The notes under the pieces were generated by a model, which was not told the DNA's origin, did no database searches, and was given only the letters and a program-made list of their open reading frames with translations. Shown in pieces: positions 1 through 12,285 of a stretch of DNA of 64,000 nt (its first letter is position 1; the number at the start of each line of letters is the position of its first letter). Origin of the DNA: Vermamoeba vermiformis (Eukaryota); the NCBI GenBank assembly GCA_045837725.1, contig JBEWZL010000272.1, forward strand, positions 1 through 64,000, read 5' to 3'. The translations under genes were made by a program, and so were the position numbers.

Positions 1-838
1 GTACAAGCCATGGAAAACTAAAATAATTAATTAGTACACCGTCAAATACAATTAAATTTACTTGCGTAGGTGAACATATAAAAGGATCGGAGCAAAAGTT
101 CCGCGAGTACTTTGGGGATCTGGGTTGAATGTGCTATTTTGCCAGATCCCATTATCGTAGAAGAACTTCATTGTGCTCTTCACGTTCATGTCTCTGGATT
201 CAGCTGTTAACACGTTAGTTAAATCGTGCTTTAACCGTAGCAGGTACTTACGATCTTTTTCTCGGCGCAACCGGCACCATTCTTGCACATCAACGACAGT
301 TTCACCAAGTCGGCGGCGCTTTGGTTGGCGCTCGTTGTCTGCCTGATCACTGCCACGCTTTCGGCGTGGGCGCTTTGGAGCATCTGTCAATTTATTACTT
401 ACTAACATCAGCATTAATAAACTAACCAATACATACCACTACCCATTACTAGCTCCTCCTCATACAAGTTATCTTCAGTCGCAATACCTTCGTTGACACT
501 TAATTCTCTGGATTCAACTGCCAAAACTTAGCACAGAGTTTTAATTCGGTTTGGGCAACTTACCTTCATGTGACGATGATTTGTCAGTGCTAAAACGATC
601 TCGGTAAGTAATGGTGCTAATATTAATGTGTTTACTTACCTTTTAATCTGATCAGATTCACCGCTATCTTCATTTGAGGCGACACTTGATCTGTATTCAA
701 CGAATAAATAAAAAAAAGCAATAAAGAGCATTACTTACAATTCAATTCTCTCTCCATCGCTCGTAAAACTGGATGAACACTTAGCAACGACAAAAATAAT
801 ATCTAAATTAACCGAAATAAAAATAAAATGCATACCAT
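1..838 (-). CDS. Hypothetical protein (element A gene Z), multi-exon, 3' end outside window
   Basis: ATG|GTATGC at 838. Several short Ser/Asp/Glu-rich exons with GTAAG donors. Main exon is within ORF 58..429 (PKRPRRKR NLS-like, then EWCRLRREKDRKYLLRLKHDL). Splices again into 1-18. Confidence 0.6.
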
Positions 839-1163
839 AATTCCGAGTCTATTGTGCGATTGTTATCTGTAATTAATAGTAATTATTAATGTTATTGCCA
901 AAGCTGCGCTAGATTTGATTTTTTGTAATGCAATAAAAATGTCACAAACAGCACAAAAAAGATTATTAAAACACTTACTTCTTTTATTATGAGCCATTAC
1001 AATAACTAACGGTCCGTGGTCACTTATTTGAAGTGATTGTTGCAATAAGTCAGGTTTTTTTCTGATCAAAAAAGTTCGCGCGTCGAGAACATCACGCTAT
1101 TGAAGGCCCACCACCACATTCCCACCTGCGAACTAATTCGCAGGCCCTTCAATGACGTTCAGG

Positions 1164-4100
1164 CTACTTGCCAAAGTATTGGCGATACTTCGATACCCAA
1201 ATCCCTTCATCCACGGGCAAGATCGGAGCGCGCCTTCCGGCTTGAGAGAATAACTGTGTGTCCAGCATATCTTCGATCTTCATGCCGTGGTACTTTATAG
1301 TAGCCTCGGGATTGGACTTGGTCAGGTGAAAGATGCAAACCGTGCGTAGTTCTGTCTTGTTCTTGCACTTCTGTACCAGCGGCGTTTGCTTGATTACGTA
1401 GTCGATAATCTGACAACTCATTAGTAACGAAATGAGGTGAAATTGAACACCCACCTTAATTTTTGCTTCTAAGTCCAACATTGAGTCGCTTCTTACTAGT
1501 ATAGGCTGGCCTTCATCTCCGACAGTCATAATAGACGTAGGAGCAGCAAGCGTTGAAATGCGGACAAACTTGAAGATTCTAATGTCCGTGTCATTTTTGG
1601 GTGGTTTTCCCCAAAATGAATCGTTCGAGATGAGCGGGAACAACTTCAAACCAAGCTTCGCCAATAACTGCTCGATCTTCTTCTTCAAACCTCCGACAGT
1701 GACAACAGCAGCAGCGGTGTTCTTGTTTGTCAAGTACTGAACGGTTTGAACTGCTTTTGTTTTTCCCACCTTAATGTTGTCGTTAAGCTGGGCTATTACT
1801 TTCTTTTGCGCGAGTCGCCAGTGGTTGAAGTACTCGAGAGTAATCGGATAACGTTTGAAGCTGCGAGTGGCATCAGAAGGAAAGGCACTTTCACACACAC
1901 TCTCAAACGCGACAGTATCTCTAATTTTTACCTGTTGCAATAATTCGATTAATATTCATGCAAGTCGTGTGATAATACTTACAGTGCAGCCGGGGTGGCG
2001 AGTGTCGAACAAAGAGCGAAGCGCCTCACGTCCTCGACGCAAAGCATCGATAAATTGTTGCTTCTGTGTGGGACTACGGAAGCCGCCAGCGGTACATAGT
2101 GCAGCTAATAGCCCATTTACGAGGTTGGCTGCAATAGTACCGCAAATCGACTTGTCTCGGGGAGTAACAAAGCCATCTTGAGGACGAAGACAAAGTCTAA
2201 TTCTTGCACTAATGTCCATCATTTGTTCCTTATCTTTGACGTGTTGTGGGAACAGGCTGTGGAGAAATTTCGGAGGCAATGCAAGAATCAGGTCGTCTCC
2301 AGCCTGCAAGTCAGCAAGATCGGCCTCTTCAGCTTCACGGGCAGCGTCGTCAAGTGGTAACAGGCATTTAACTTGGTCGAAGTTGGAAGTAAATTCCACC
2401 AAGTCAGGCATGAAGTGTAGGCGACCATAAGTGAAGACGCTTTCTTTCAGTTTGTACCGGTTGAATAACTTCGGATGCGCTAATTGCAAGACCGCACTGC
2501 TCCAGATAAATGTCAAGCAATCTTGAAGCAAAAAGGCGGCACGTAGCAAGTCGTCATTGTAATCCAGAGCGTCCAAATGGCGTGCTGATAATTTGTTAGT
2601 GTAAGACCTTAAATTGTGTTGTTGTACGCACCTTGGACGACATGATCCAAAAGGAGGTAGAAATACGTTCCAATGCTGTCGGTGAACTTCCGTGGGAATA
2701 AACACATCGTCTCGGTGAGCACAGTCTGAAGTGGGCTGCAGCGCATCATTTCTAACGGTATTAAGCCGCATTGATACAGAGCTTTCAACATATTGAATAG
2801 CTCAGTCAGCGTTTCCCCAAGCCTAGCCATTTCATGATACGCGTCAAGCAGTTGTTGCATAGTCGGATTTTGTAGAGTGATTTCAAGACGCGGTCCGTAT
2901 GCCTTCTGAGGCATGATGGTTGAATAGTATTTTTCCGCTCGCTTCAACTCCTTTCGAGAATTAACGTCATTGATCTCTTCTTTAAGTCTAAGCACATTCA
3001 TTAGGATACAATTAACAATAAATTATAATAATCAAACTTACCGAGAATGAAGTTTATCGGAGACTCTAACATCCGCTCCGATAAGTTGTTTGACTTTCTC
3101 AACTGGGAATGCTAGGACCGCATGATAAGAGTTCGAGAACGGAATTTGGTGTCGGAAATCCTCACTTCCTTTGTGATAAGCTTTGACACGCGCCAACAAC
3201 AAATGTTGTTTTGAGTACTCGATCATAGTACTGGTGCACGTGCCAATTCCAAAGTTGGGATATTCCGTGATTCTGCAGCAAGAGTAAGTTGAAATTCGCT
3301 TAAGATTAACTACGCTTACTTAGGTTTTAAGTAGTCTTCGTCAAACTTGTTGCAACGAGCATGCTCAAAGATTGTTGTGTTGCGAGTCATTAGACCTTTT
3401 AATGGCGAGTTGTGCATGTCAGCAAGAAGCGAGGTGAAGTTTCTGGTAAAGAACATTGTAACGTTGCTATCGTCCCCGCATCTGTACACAAAAGAATTAG
3501 GACAAATGTCACGTGTCATAATGTCAATTCCTGACACGTGTCAAGAATTCTCAGATCACTTACTCTAAATCCAACCCAATATCTTGCATGAACATCACTC
3601 TATTCCCTGGAGTGTGGTAGTAGACTTTGTCCATATCAAATAGATCGTTCAGCTTGTCGCTTAATTTGCTGATGTCATCGGCAGATGTTACTGGATCTTT
3701 GCGGCCAAAGTGCTGGATGACAAATACTGGCTTGAATCTGTAAGCACGATTAGTATTTAATTAAATAATGGTGAAAAACCTTACTTGGGTTCTTTTTCGA
3801 CAAGTTTTTTAATTCGGCGCTGAATGTGACGAGTAGTTTCGGGTAAAATTCTTGTCGTTTCCCCTGGCCTTCTTTCTTCAGAGACTGCTACGAAGGGTAA
3901 TGCGACTGGTGTGGTTCTGCCTTGTTCGGGAGCGTCTACAACACCTAATGGGAACAGTTAACAAGTTGAATTCAACGCTAAGTTTCCGTACCTTGATATG
4001 CGCATTTCTCAAAAAACATTGTGATTGCTTCAACTGACCTTTCCCAAGGACAGTCCGGAAACACCGCAAATACGGGAATATTCCCGTCAACAAATCTTGG

Positions 4101-5404
4101 CAATTAACATTAGTAAGTATCAGAATATGACTTCGAAAACTTACCCTATACCAATGCTGGGACAAGTGTGCAATGATTTGCCTTTGTAACGCATCTTGCA
4201 AGACTTTAAAAGGACATTGTGGTTTGGGCGAATTGACATTTCCCAAGAGCCACGAATAACCTTAAGGGTCTCACTGACGAAGCCGGTGAAGTCGATATCC
4301 AAGCGAAAGCTTATTCTTGTATCTTTGGCTTCGGTGAAGTAGTAGTTGGGTCCATAGTAAGTGGTCGAAGTCAGCCAGTCAATGCTTTTGAAGTCATCAT
4401 CAAAATCTTCTTCTTCTTGAATAATTCTAGCACCTTCGATTAGGTGCTGCGTGAACAAATTCGTTTTCAAAGCCCCAACAGCCTGCGCATGACGAATCTC
4501 GTCAAGCAAATTGACGTCGTAGACTGTGCGACCGTCATCGTCTTTTAAGTGATGTTCCCTAAGAAGTACTTCATTAATGACATGTACGACACGATAACAT
4601 TTACTTACTGGTCTAATTTTACCAGAAGCTGCATCTTTTCTTTTGTTGTCAGCGCATGGTAGTCTTTCCAGTTTGCGAGAATCGCTGCTGCACCATCTCG
4701 TCGTAGCAACCGAAGCAACGAATAGTACTCGTCTGAAAGGGTTGCCGGGTCAACAGAAACTTCTTCTGAAGATGTCTCGAGTGGTGGCACGGGATCGGCG
4801 CAAGCTGTTATAACATAAGTACCGTATTTAGCATTTTTTAACGAAAACCTTACCATCAGAATTGTACGAAATAGGTGAAGAAGGAGGGGAACAATCCGAA
4901 GACGAATAAGACCGCGGAGAAGATAATGGAGAAGGGGAACGAGACCTTGGAGATCGTGGAGATGGTGGGGATCGCGGAGAAGATAGTGGAGATCGCGGAG
5001 AAGACGGCGGAGACGGAGATCGTGGACGAGGACATGAACGTGAGGACAAAGGCGAGGGAGGCGTTCTAAGAGCCTTCCTTGAACCTAACTAATAGTTAAA
5101 TCCAATGCTTCAGAAAAATAAAACAATAGTGCTTACGCTGGGACTTCGGCGTTACAAGCCAATCATTTACGTCCACTGAAGAGCCCAAAGACTCCTCATA
5201 GTTGGCGAGGTCTTCGTCAGTGGCTAGTTGCGTGGCTTCTTGGGTGAATTCTGAAAACGAGTCACCGGGGAAGTTATTCTCCTTTGAGTCAAGATTGAAA
5301 GCAGAATGCAAAAGCTTATCAAATCTTTTTGTTGGAGAAAGAGCTTCTGTTTTTTTTATAAGTCAGTGTCCAGCGAAGCATTTATATATAAATGAACTTA
5401 CCAT
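1164..5404 (-). CDS. Large spliced protein with Rep_trans-like rolling-circle initiator motifs (element A gene Y)
   Basis: ATG|GTAAGT at 5404. ORFs 4141..4509, 3316..3537, 3038..3226, 2609..3001, 1956..2771 and 1164..1940 join at canonical GT-AG introns (most junctions frame-checked). Motifs: RLDID, QDIGLDL (3569-3583), RVKAYHKGSEDFR (Tyr ~3176-3178), YGPRLEITL (RLE 2882-2890). Full-length paralog at 12286-16326. Gene existence is well supported; family call is moderate. Confidence 0.7.
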
Positions 5405-5471
5405 CGATCGAGGAGTTGAGAAATTCGTTGTTGGTAATATCGCGAAGGCTAATGGAAGTCTACAAAATTGG

Positions 5472-7937
5472 TTAATGCAACCAATCAGGAAATTCATCAC
5501 TGTGTGCCTTAATATATCTAAATATGCGATTTGTAGATTCTAAATCAGGAAACACTCTCGTCAAGAACGAGAACGGTAAATCAGTAAATATTAATTTCCT
5601 TTCGGTGCAGCAGATTTCGTAAAACTTTAGGATACGAAATTTCCATTTGCGAAAGAATTCTCGTCGGGCTGGAGAAGCGCTGGAAGGGCCTGTGTCTTTC
5701 CCGTCAAAGTCGTCGCTCATAGCAGCCGCCAACTTGGTCACATTGATTTTGCCCAGGATTTTAAACAACTTGTCGTTGACTTCGATCTCCACCGTCCTTA
5801 GGGCCATATTCGGTTTCTCCTCCATAATTTCGGTACGAAAACCTCCACAGAGGGTGCTAACAATCCCACCAAGGTAGAATAGTTTCAACTTGATGATTAC
5901 GTGAAGCCCCAGCTGAGTTTGAAAAAGTACTGACATTCCGTCTAAGCCATCGGTTAAATGCTGCACCAACGTGTCTCTTGCAACCAAACTAAGACTGAGG
6001 TGTGACGAATTGAAAAATTTGACAGCCACAGAGTCAGCTCCTTCTTTGACACCAGCCACATCAAGTTCCATCGAAGAGACGACCAAATCGTATGAAGACT
6101 GTGCAAATTCGCAATTACGGAGGCCAGAAAGTAGTTGACTGGAGGCACCTGCAGCGACAGGTAAGAAAGCTTCATAAAAAAGTTGCAAAAACCTTACCGG
6201 ATTCGTGTGTTATCAGGTCAGTTCCCGTTAGCTTTGGTTTGATCTTTACATCAGCCTTGACCTTATCTCGAAGAAGAAATTGCTTGTTTTCGTAAGTGAG
6301 TGCAACGATCATTGGGCGCTCGTTTGCATTTTCCACATCGATGCCAATCCCGTGAACGTGAAGTCTCTCCAGATGTTCTCGCAATGCAATGATATATCGA
6401 TGAGTCCGCCTTGCAACAGAGTCAGGAGAGAGGTCTTTGTTGTCCAAAAACCGTTCTCTCCTTTCTAATTTTAGGAGTTGCTCTAAATAGAAATACGTTA
6501 AAACCGGTATTACTATTTTTGGATTTGTTTTCGAAACTTACCTTCTCTTTTAGTTCTCTTGCTCTCGCGAGAGCTGTTTGACTTTGAACGATTGGATTTT
6601 TTCTTTTTCTTCTTTTTTTTGTTCTTCGTATCTTTGGCATTGTTATCGCTCAAATCTGGCTCTGATTCTGGCTCATCTTCCTCGGAAAGGACGGTACGGA
6701 CATTTCTTGGAACATTCGCTTGTGTATCACTTAATAGCTCTGAAAATGGTCAGTGATAAATAAAGGAAGACTGCATAATAGCTTACCAGGGGAGGTTTCG
6801 TGATCGGCTGATTTTTCTTCTTCACTTCGATTTGTATTGTTTTGGTCTTCAAATGAGATGAATCAATAAATAAACATTAAGCCAAGGTAAATACTTACTC
6901 TCACTGAGGACCGACTCTGGATCCGGCTCACTTTTTTCTCTTTCATTATCGTCAATTTCCTCTTTGTCCTCGTCCTCTTCGTCGTCCTCTTCGTCCTCCT
7001 CTTCGTCTTCTTCTTCTTCTTCCTCCTCCTCCTCTTCATCTTTGTTTTGGTCGTAGTCTTCGTCGGTGGGAGGAGGGACATCTTCGGAGTTATCAATAAA
7101 GGCAAGGTCGTCGGCATTTGGCTCTTCATGCTGGTTCAAATCATTCCAATCTTCTATCATGCCACGTACCGATGTAAGAGATATTTTCTTGGTTCCTTCT
7201 GGGACGTCATCTTCGACGTCACTTTCGGCTTTCTCACGAGAAAGTTGCGAGGTCTTCTCCTTGGTTTTTGTCTTTGTTTTCGTGACTATCGCCTCTGTGG
7301 CCTCACCGTCTTCATCAGAGAGATCAATATCACTAAAATCTGCATCGATGTCAGAAAACAAGAGTAAAATTTTGCTTAGGCAAATTCTAAGTACCTTTAG
7401 GTTCGTGAGTAGCGGCTCGCCGAGGCATAACTCTTGTTTTTGCACTCTAATATAGATGGGTTAGTCATATTTTGGCGCGAATTGGTCTGTCATTAGCTTA
7501 CCTCAGTACTGTTTGAGGGTTTGTTCCGTGAGCCTTTGGCCAACTTTTTCGGCGGTGAATTATTCGATTCCAAAGCCTTCTGAGGTGACGATTTGTTGGA
7601 TATTGACTTCTTGGGCGAGGACTTCTTGGGCGAGGACTTCTTGGGCGAGGACTTCTTGGGCGAGGACTTCTTGGGAGGGGGCTTCTTGGGCGAGGGCTTC
7701 TTCGAGGATTTCTTTGGCAACTTCTTGGATGATAGCTCGCTTGAAGCAGATTTTTTTGACACTTTGGGGGATTGTTGCTTCGACCCAGAAGCAACAGTGC
7801 TGGAGCGTGAAGGAGACGTTCGAGAGCGAGTTGCGACACCGGGAAAGAACATGCCCTTAACAGCAGCCATACAATCCAAGCCCGACTAAGTGATTGAATT
7901 TAGTGCGATATGATTGCCAAAGCAAAAAACTTACCAT
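5472..7937 (-). CDS. Conserved element protein X (copy A): SPKK repeats, acidic tract, conserved C-terminal helical domain
   Basis: ATG|GTAAGT at 7937. Exons in ORFs 7493..7879, 6849..7445, 6172..6447 and 5472..6188. C-terminus KLKLFYLGGIV...FFRKWKFRILKFYEICCTERKLIFTDLPFSFLTRVF aligns with ORF 16383..18437. Confidence 0.7.
7605..7705. repeat. 15-bp coding tandem repeat (GACTTCTTGGGCGAG)n encoding SSPKK
   Basis: 4 perfect and 2-3 degenerate units visible. Translates KKSSPKKSSPKK on the minus strand. Confidence 0.9.
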
Positions 7938-8078
7938 TGTTGCAAGTACGAGAAGTTGATGAGTTACGTTTCGATTCTGAATAAGTAACAATTAACTTAA
8001 AATCGCGCTGGCTTTAAAAAGAGCGGGCTTACACACTATTGGTCAAATAAACATTTTTTTTCTATATCTTTTAAACAA

Positions 8079-10660
8079 TCACACACTAAACTTGATAAAT
8101 TCCTCTCGCAGCAAATCAATGGCCTTCTCGTCTTCTATGTATATGACTTTGGCTCTTCTTGGTAGGACCCTGCGTTGAACTGGCGTCAATTGCTTTGAGG
8201 GCGGGATGATAGCAGGATAGAAAAAGGGTCCAAAGCTGTCAAGCGGGAGGTCTCTGCGGGGTCGTTCATGAACTTGCGCTAACAATTCGTTGTTCCATTC
8301 ATAAGAAAATAGGCTTGGAGGATAAACGTTTTGCGGAGTAATAGCTCGTGGATGGAAGCGAAACCTGCGTAAGAAAATAAGTATCTTTGCGCAAAAACTT
8401 TGAGAGTTAACTTACGGGCGATGAGCTAAGATATGCTTCATGATACTGATGGTATTATCGATGCCGTATCCTCCTAGATATAGGCGTGGCCCCGTCGTGT
8501 TGAGAGAGACATTGCGCGGATCCACCTCCTCGAAGAAATCAAGAGGAGATATAAATATATTGACCAGGCAGAGGTGACGTAATGCAAGCTGGTTTAAACC
8601 ATGCAAGTCTACGTATACACCTGGACAGTGCGATTCAAGCTCTAGCAGGTGAAATTCGGCAGGAAAGTTTACACCACGCAAAGATATTTCCCAGGCCCTT
8701 GTTGATTTGTCTTCTCTGGGAATTGGCAGACGCAACCCAACCAATCGCGGAGAAGCTGCAAAAATCTTGTTGATCACGGCAACAGTTGTGGCTCCCATCG
8801 TGTTGTACAGATCAAGTTCTTGCCCAAGAGCAAGATGGAAGTGAAGAAAGCGCAGGTGCCTCCACTCGTGACTGGCAAATCCATACGACACTAATTGAGT
8901 TCTAATGTCGACGATAGCCAGGGCTTGAAGAGAAGCGACACAAGCCGGAAACATCTTTGCGGCAACAGGAGGATCAACATCCTCAAAGCGGAGTTCGAGC
9001 AATTGACCGAAACTGGGAAGTGTTAGTTTAACGTACCAGTAAAAATTAATTATTTACTTACAAGGCACTCGCAGAATTGTTCATTGACTTGCCTGTCGGA
9101 TCCAAGCTCACTCGGGTCAGGTAGCAACCACGACACGCTGTCGAATCAATAGGGTGGATCGCACCAAAGTCGGAAAGGCGAATGATACAATCTTCAACTT
9201 CTAAAACCGAATACACGTGGTTGTTAACGGTTCGGTAGACGTGCCTTGGATCGTTGACAATGTTGATGGCATTAACCGGCTTGGGCTTAGTTTTCGGTGG
9301 GATGGCACCTTCATTAAGCAGAATGTTAGAAAGATGTAAAATAAATTAAGGACTTCATACTTAATTGGATTGGCTTGCCAACAGGTTCCTTGTCAGGAAC
9401 TGTTAGAACTTCAAGTGTTTCGGGTTCACTGTCTTGGATCGGTGAAGCAACGTAAGTCGGTGATTCCTGTACCACTAGATTAATCATGGTAAAAATAATT
9501 TTAAATTACTTACCGGCATTTCTTGTGCCGGGCTGGAAATTGAGGATGGGCTGATAGGGCTACTAGGGCTGGAATGTGACGCCTGAGAATGATGGGGGCT
9601 GGCATGGACTTCGAAGAGATCAATCGAATTTGAAACTTCTTCGCCCGCCGAGACAAAACTTTGCTTCTCTTGGGGTACTTCGACGCGAGCTTTCTTCGTG
9701 ATGGTTTGTGCCAATTCCTCTCCCTTTCTCTTAGGGTGGTACGTAGGACATGAATACAGGAGGTCGCAATTCGAGTGCTGGAAGATGAAACGCCTCGTAG
9801 CCAAATCCGTTGATATTCGGCAGGAAGTCTACCTCGGTGAATTTATTGGCATCAGGAATTTCGGTCGTAGCGCCATCAGTGCCTAATAACATATTAGAAC
9901 GCCGTATTAAAATCGCTATTGTACTAGCCGTTACTTACCTTTACTTTCGAATTTGGTTTCCTTTGCTGTGTATTGCGAGAACAAAGGGACATCATAGCGA
10001 CAATTTTCGGTTGAAATGACCGCCAAAAGGGATTCCAAGGACTTGGTGGAAGTCCAGTGACCGTAGTGGTAACGCATCGCACACCAGAGTTTTGCGTGCT
10101 CGGTGTGGGTCACGTCTCCGCCTTCCGCGCGACTGGCGCCCTTAGTCATGTTGGGAATGATTACGTTGTCTCGGGCTGACCGCAATATCTCGGGAAACGT
10201 GCGCATGAACTTGACGAATCTCTGCCAGGCGACGGATGCGAGGCTAATGCCGAGGTGTTGAGCTATGGCAGCGCGGTACGACTTATACCAGCGAGGGTAC
10301 ACCATTGTGCGCTCTGGACGGGGGGCTAGCATTCCGTGGAAGTCAAAAACAACGTAGTAGAAGAGGAAATCCGCTCGGCTGCTGAACATGAAGTATTCCA
10401 AGCTATCGTGGAGTTTCTGCACGTAAGCATTGAAATCTCCTCCAGGCACTGACCGGTTTCTAGCTAGTACAAGGAACTCTACAAAGGTCACGATGTTCTG
10501 TTTCACATCCGGTGACTTTTTGTTATTCTGTAAATAAATAAAGTATTAGTATATAGTTATAACGATTTAATATATAAATACGCGAAATAATATTCGGGCT
10601 TATTACATTCGTGTGCACAGTAATAGTAATAAATAAAATTTTTAAAACAGATTTTACCAT
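8079..10660 (-). pseudogene. Element A gene A1, multi-exon hypothetical protein with one apparent frameshift (~9735); Leu-rich C-terminal half
   Basis: ATG|GTAAAA at 10660. Exons in ORFs 9931..10506, 9484..9804, 8412..9002 and 8079..8285. Frame breaks at GTACCACCCTAAG; removing one C gives VPPKRKGEE. Confidence 0.5.
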
Positions 10661-10877
10661 TTCAGATTTAATTGCAACAAGAAGGATATAATAAATATAT
10701 ACTACGGTAATTCGTAGTATCGATAATATTACAAGCGGATTTAAGCTCTTTTGGAGACTCAAATCCGGATTTGCAAGTACGAGCAGCTTTTGGCCGCAAG
10801 GAAATTACTAACGAAGTCTTGTGGACTCGCAAGCAATTAAAAAAATAGGTGCGGATCACTTTTGTAGTCAACTGATA

Positions 10878-11080
10878 GTAACGTGCCACGGCATCAAAGC
10901 CGCTCCAGCGCGAGTTATTTCGGATTCAGCCGATGCGTGAAGTTCGCATGCGTCAGCATGCATTTAAGCTCAACAGCGCGACCACAAGGGTCTTATTTGC
11001 ATTGATTATACAGCCGACAGTAACGTGCCACGGTCGCCAGCGCCGTTCAGCGCGAGTTATTTGGATTGAAGCTGATGCGA
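10878..11080. repeat. Two ~60-bp direct repeats upstream of the element A genes
   Basis: GTAACGTGCCACGG...CAGCGCGAGTTATTT...GATGCG at ~10878 and ~11020. Confidence 0.75.
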
Positions 11081-11351
11081 CTTTAGATGACGCATCAGTT
11101 CTACTCAAAGGGTCAATTTATATACCAGCATAATGGATCAAACATGAATTTTGGTAAGTGCACTAGATAATTGTTTGATCCAGGATTTGGATTTGAACGA
11201 ATAAATTAATTTAAATAAATTAAACATTAATACAGATGACTAACGATTTTATTAGGTTTTGCATGGAAATAGATCACGATCCCGACTGTTCGCGCGCGCA
11301 ATTCTGTAATTCGGTAATAAATAAATAAATTTTAGTAACTTGCACAGTATT

Positions 11352-11733
11352 TTTTAGGAGATCGTCTCCGCGCTGGAGACGACCTTTACGGACTTGGTTT
11401 TTTTAGGAGATCGTCTCCACGCTGGAGACGACCTTTACGGACTTGGTTTTTTTAGGAGATCGTCTCCACGCTGGAGACGACCTTTACGGACTTGGTTTTT
11501 TTTTGCAGATCGTCTCCGCGCTGGAGACGACCTTTACGAACTTCGTTTTTTTTTGGAGATCGTCTCCACGCTGGAGACGACCTTTACGAACTTAGTTTTT
11601 TTCGCAGATCGTCTCCGCGCTGGAGACGACCCTTACAGACTTAGTTTTTTTTTGCAGATCGTCTCCGCGCTGGAGACGACCCTTACAGACTTAGTATTTT
11701 TCCCAGATCGTCTCTGCGCTGGAGACGACCCCT
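11352..11733. repeat. Palindrome array 1: 8 units, 49-50 bp period, TCGTCTCC-N5-GGAGACGA plus GGACTTRG(T)n linker
   Basis: Stems start at 11362, 11411, 11460, 11510, 11560, 11609, 11659 and 11708. Confidence 0.95.
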
Positions 11734-11792
11734 GGGTACATTGGGTTTTATTGCAGGTTGTCTTGGATGTGAGTGTGGGTTTGGGTACGGGA

Positions 11793-11820
11793 TTACCTAA
11801 GCAAAATTTTGCTTAAGTAA
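11793..11820. other. 28-bp near-perfect palindrome at the A/B junction
   Basis: TTACCTAAGCAAAATTTTGCTTAAGTAA, one mismatch. Confidence 0.8.
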
Positions 11821-12285
11821 AATTCTACCAGGACTTTTGTTTATTTCTGTAACTTTTTAAGGCTAGCCCTATATGGCCAGGCCCTTTTACATATATGAAT
11901 AGTAACATAACAATATGAAAGAGATTCATCAATATGATATCATGGCTCTGAGATCCAGAAGCTAGCCAGATGCGTCAAAGCATGTAAATATGCCATCTTT
12001 GCAAATATGGTATGGATCAATAACAATTCACATGAATATGCTATGGTTCAAGTATGAGCTGATTCTAAAATGTATGAGCTGAGATCCAGAACTGGTGCCA
12101 TGCACACTGCCTTACATTCTCAAGAGTTGAACTTTTTAGTATTTTTTACAATGATAGCCCTTCACATTGTTGCATTCACAAAGTCTACTAAGTGATGCTA
12201 GGTCTTTGATAGGAATCTTTAAATACTTGGGTAATCTGCAGAGTAAAGCAACAGATTTGTTTATTTTTGAAAGTTAGCCACAGTT

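Larger units (their letters stand above)
1..11820 (-). mobile_element. Element copy A (left end outside window): four co-oriented spliced genes plus upstream palindrome array
   Basis: All genes on the minus strand. Genes X and Y are homologous and syntenic with those at 12.3-18.4 kb. Palindrome array at 11.35-11.73 kb. No host housekeeping genes. Boundaries are inferred. Confidence 0.6.

Noticed and set aside
11362-11730. Synthetic Golden Gate artefact (paired CGTCTC/GAGACG BsmBI sites)
   Set aside because: Units diverge gradually and share the linker with array 2, which lacks these sites; no vector sequence nearby.
11352-11733. CRISPR array (also considered for arrays 2 and 3)
   Set aside because: The sequence between palindromes is nearly identical from unit to unit, so there are no unique spacers; no cas-like ORFs; eukaryotic context.
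11394-11816. 140-aa ORF over array 1 (and ORFs over arrays 2 and 3)
   Set aside because: By-product of the tandem repeat; the frame shifts with variable T-run length.
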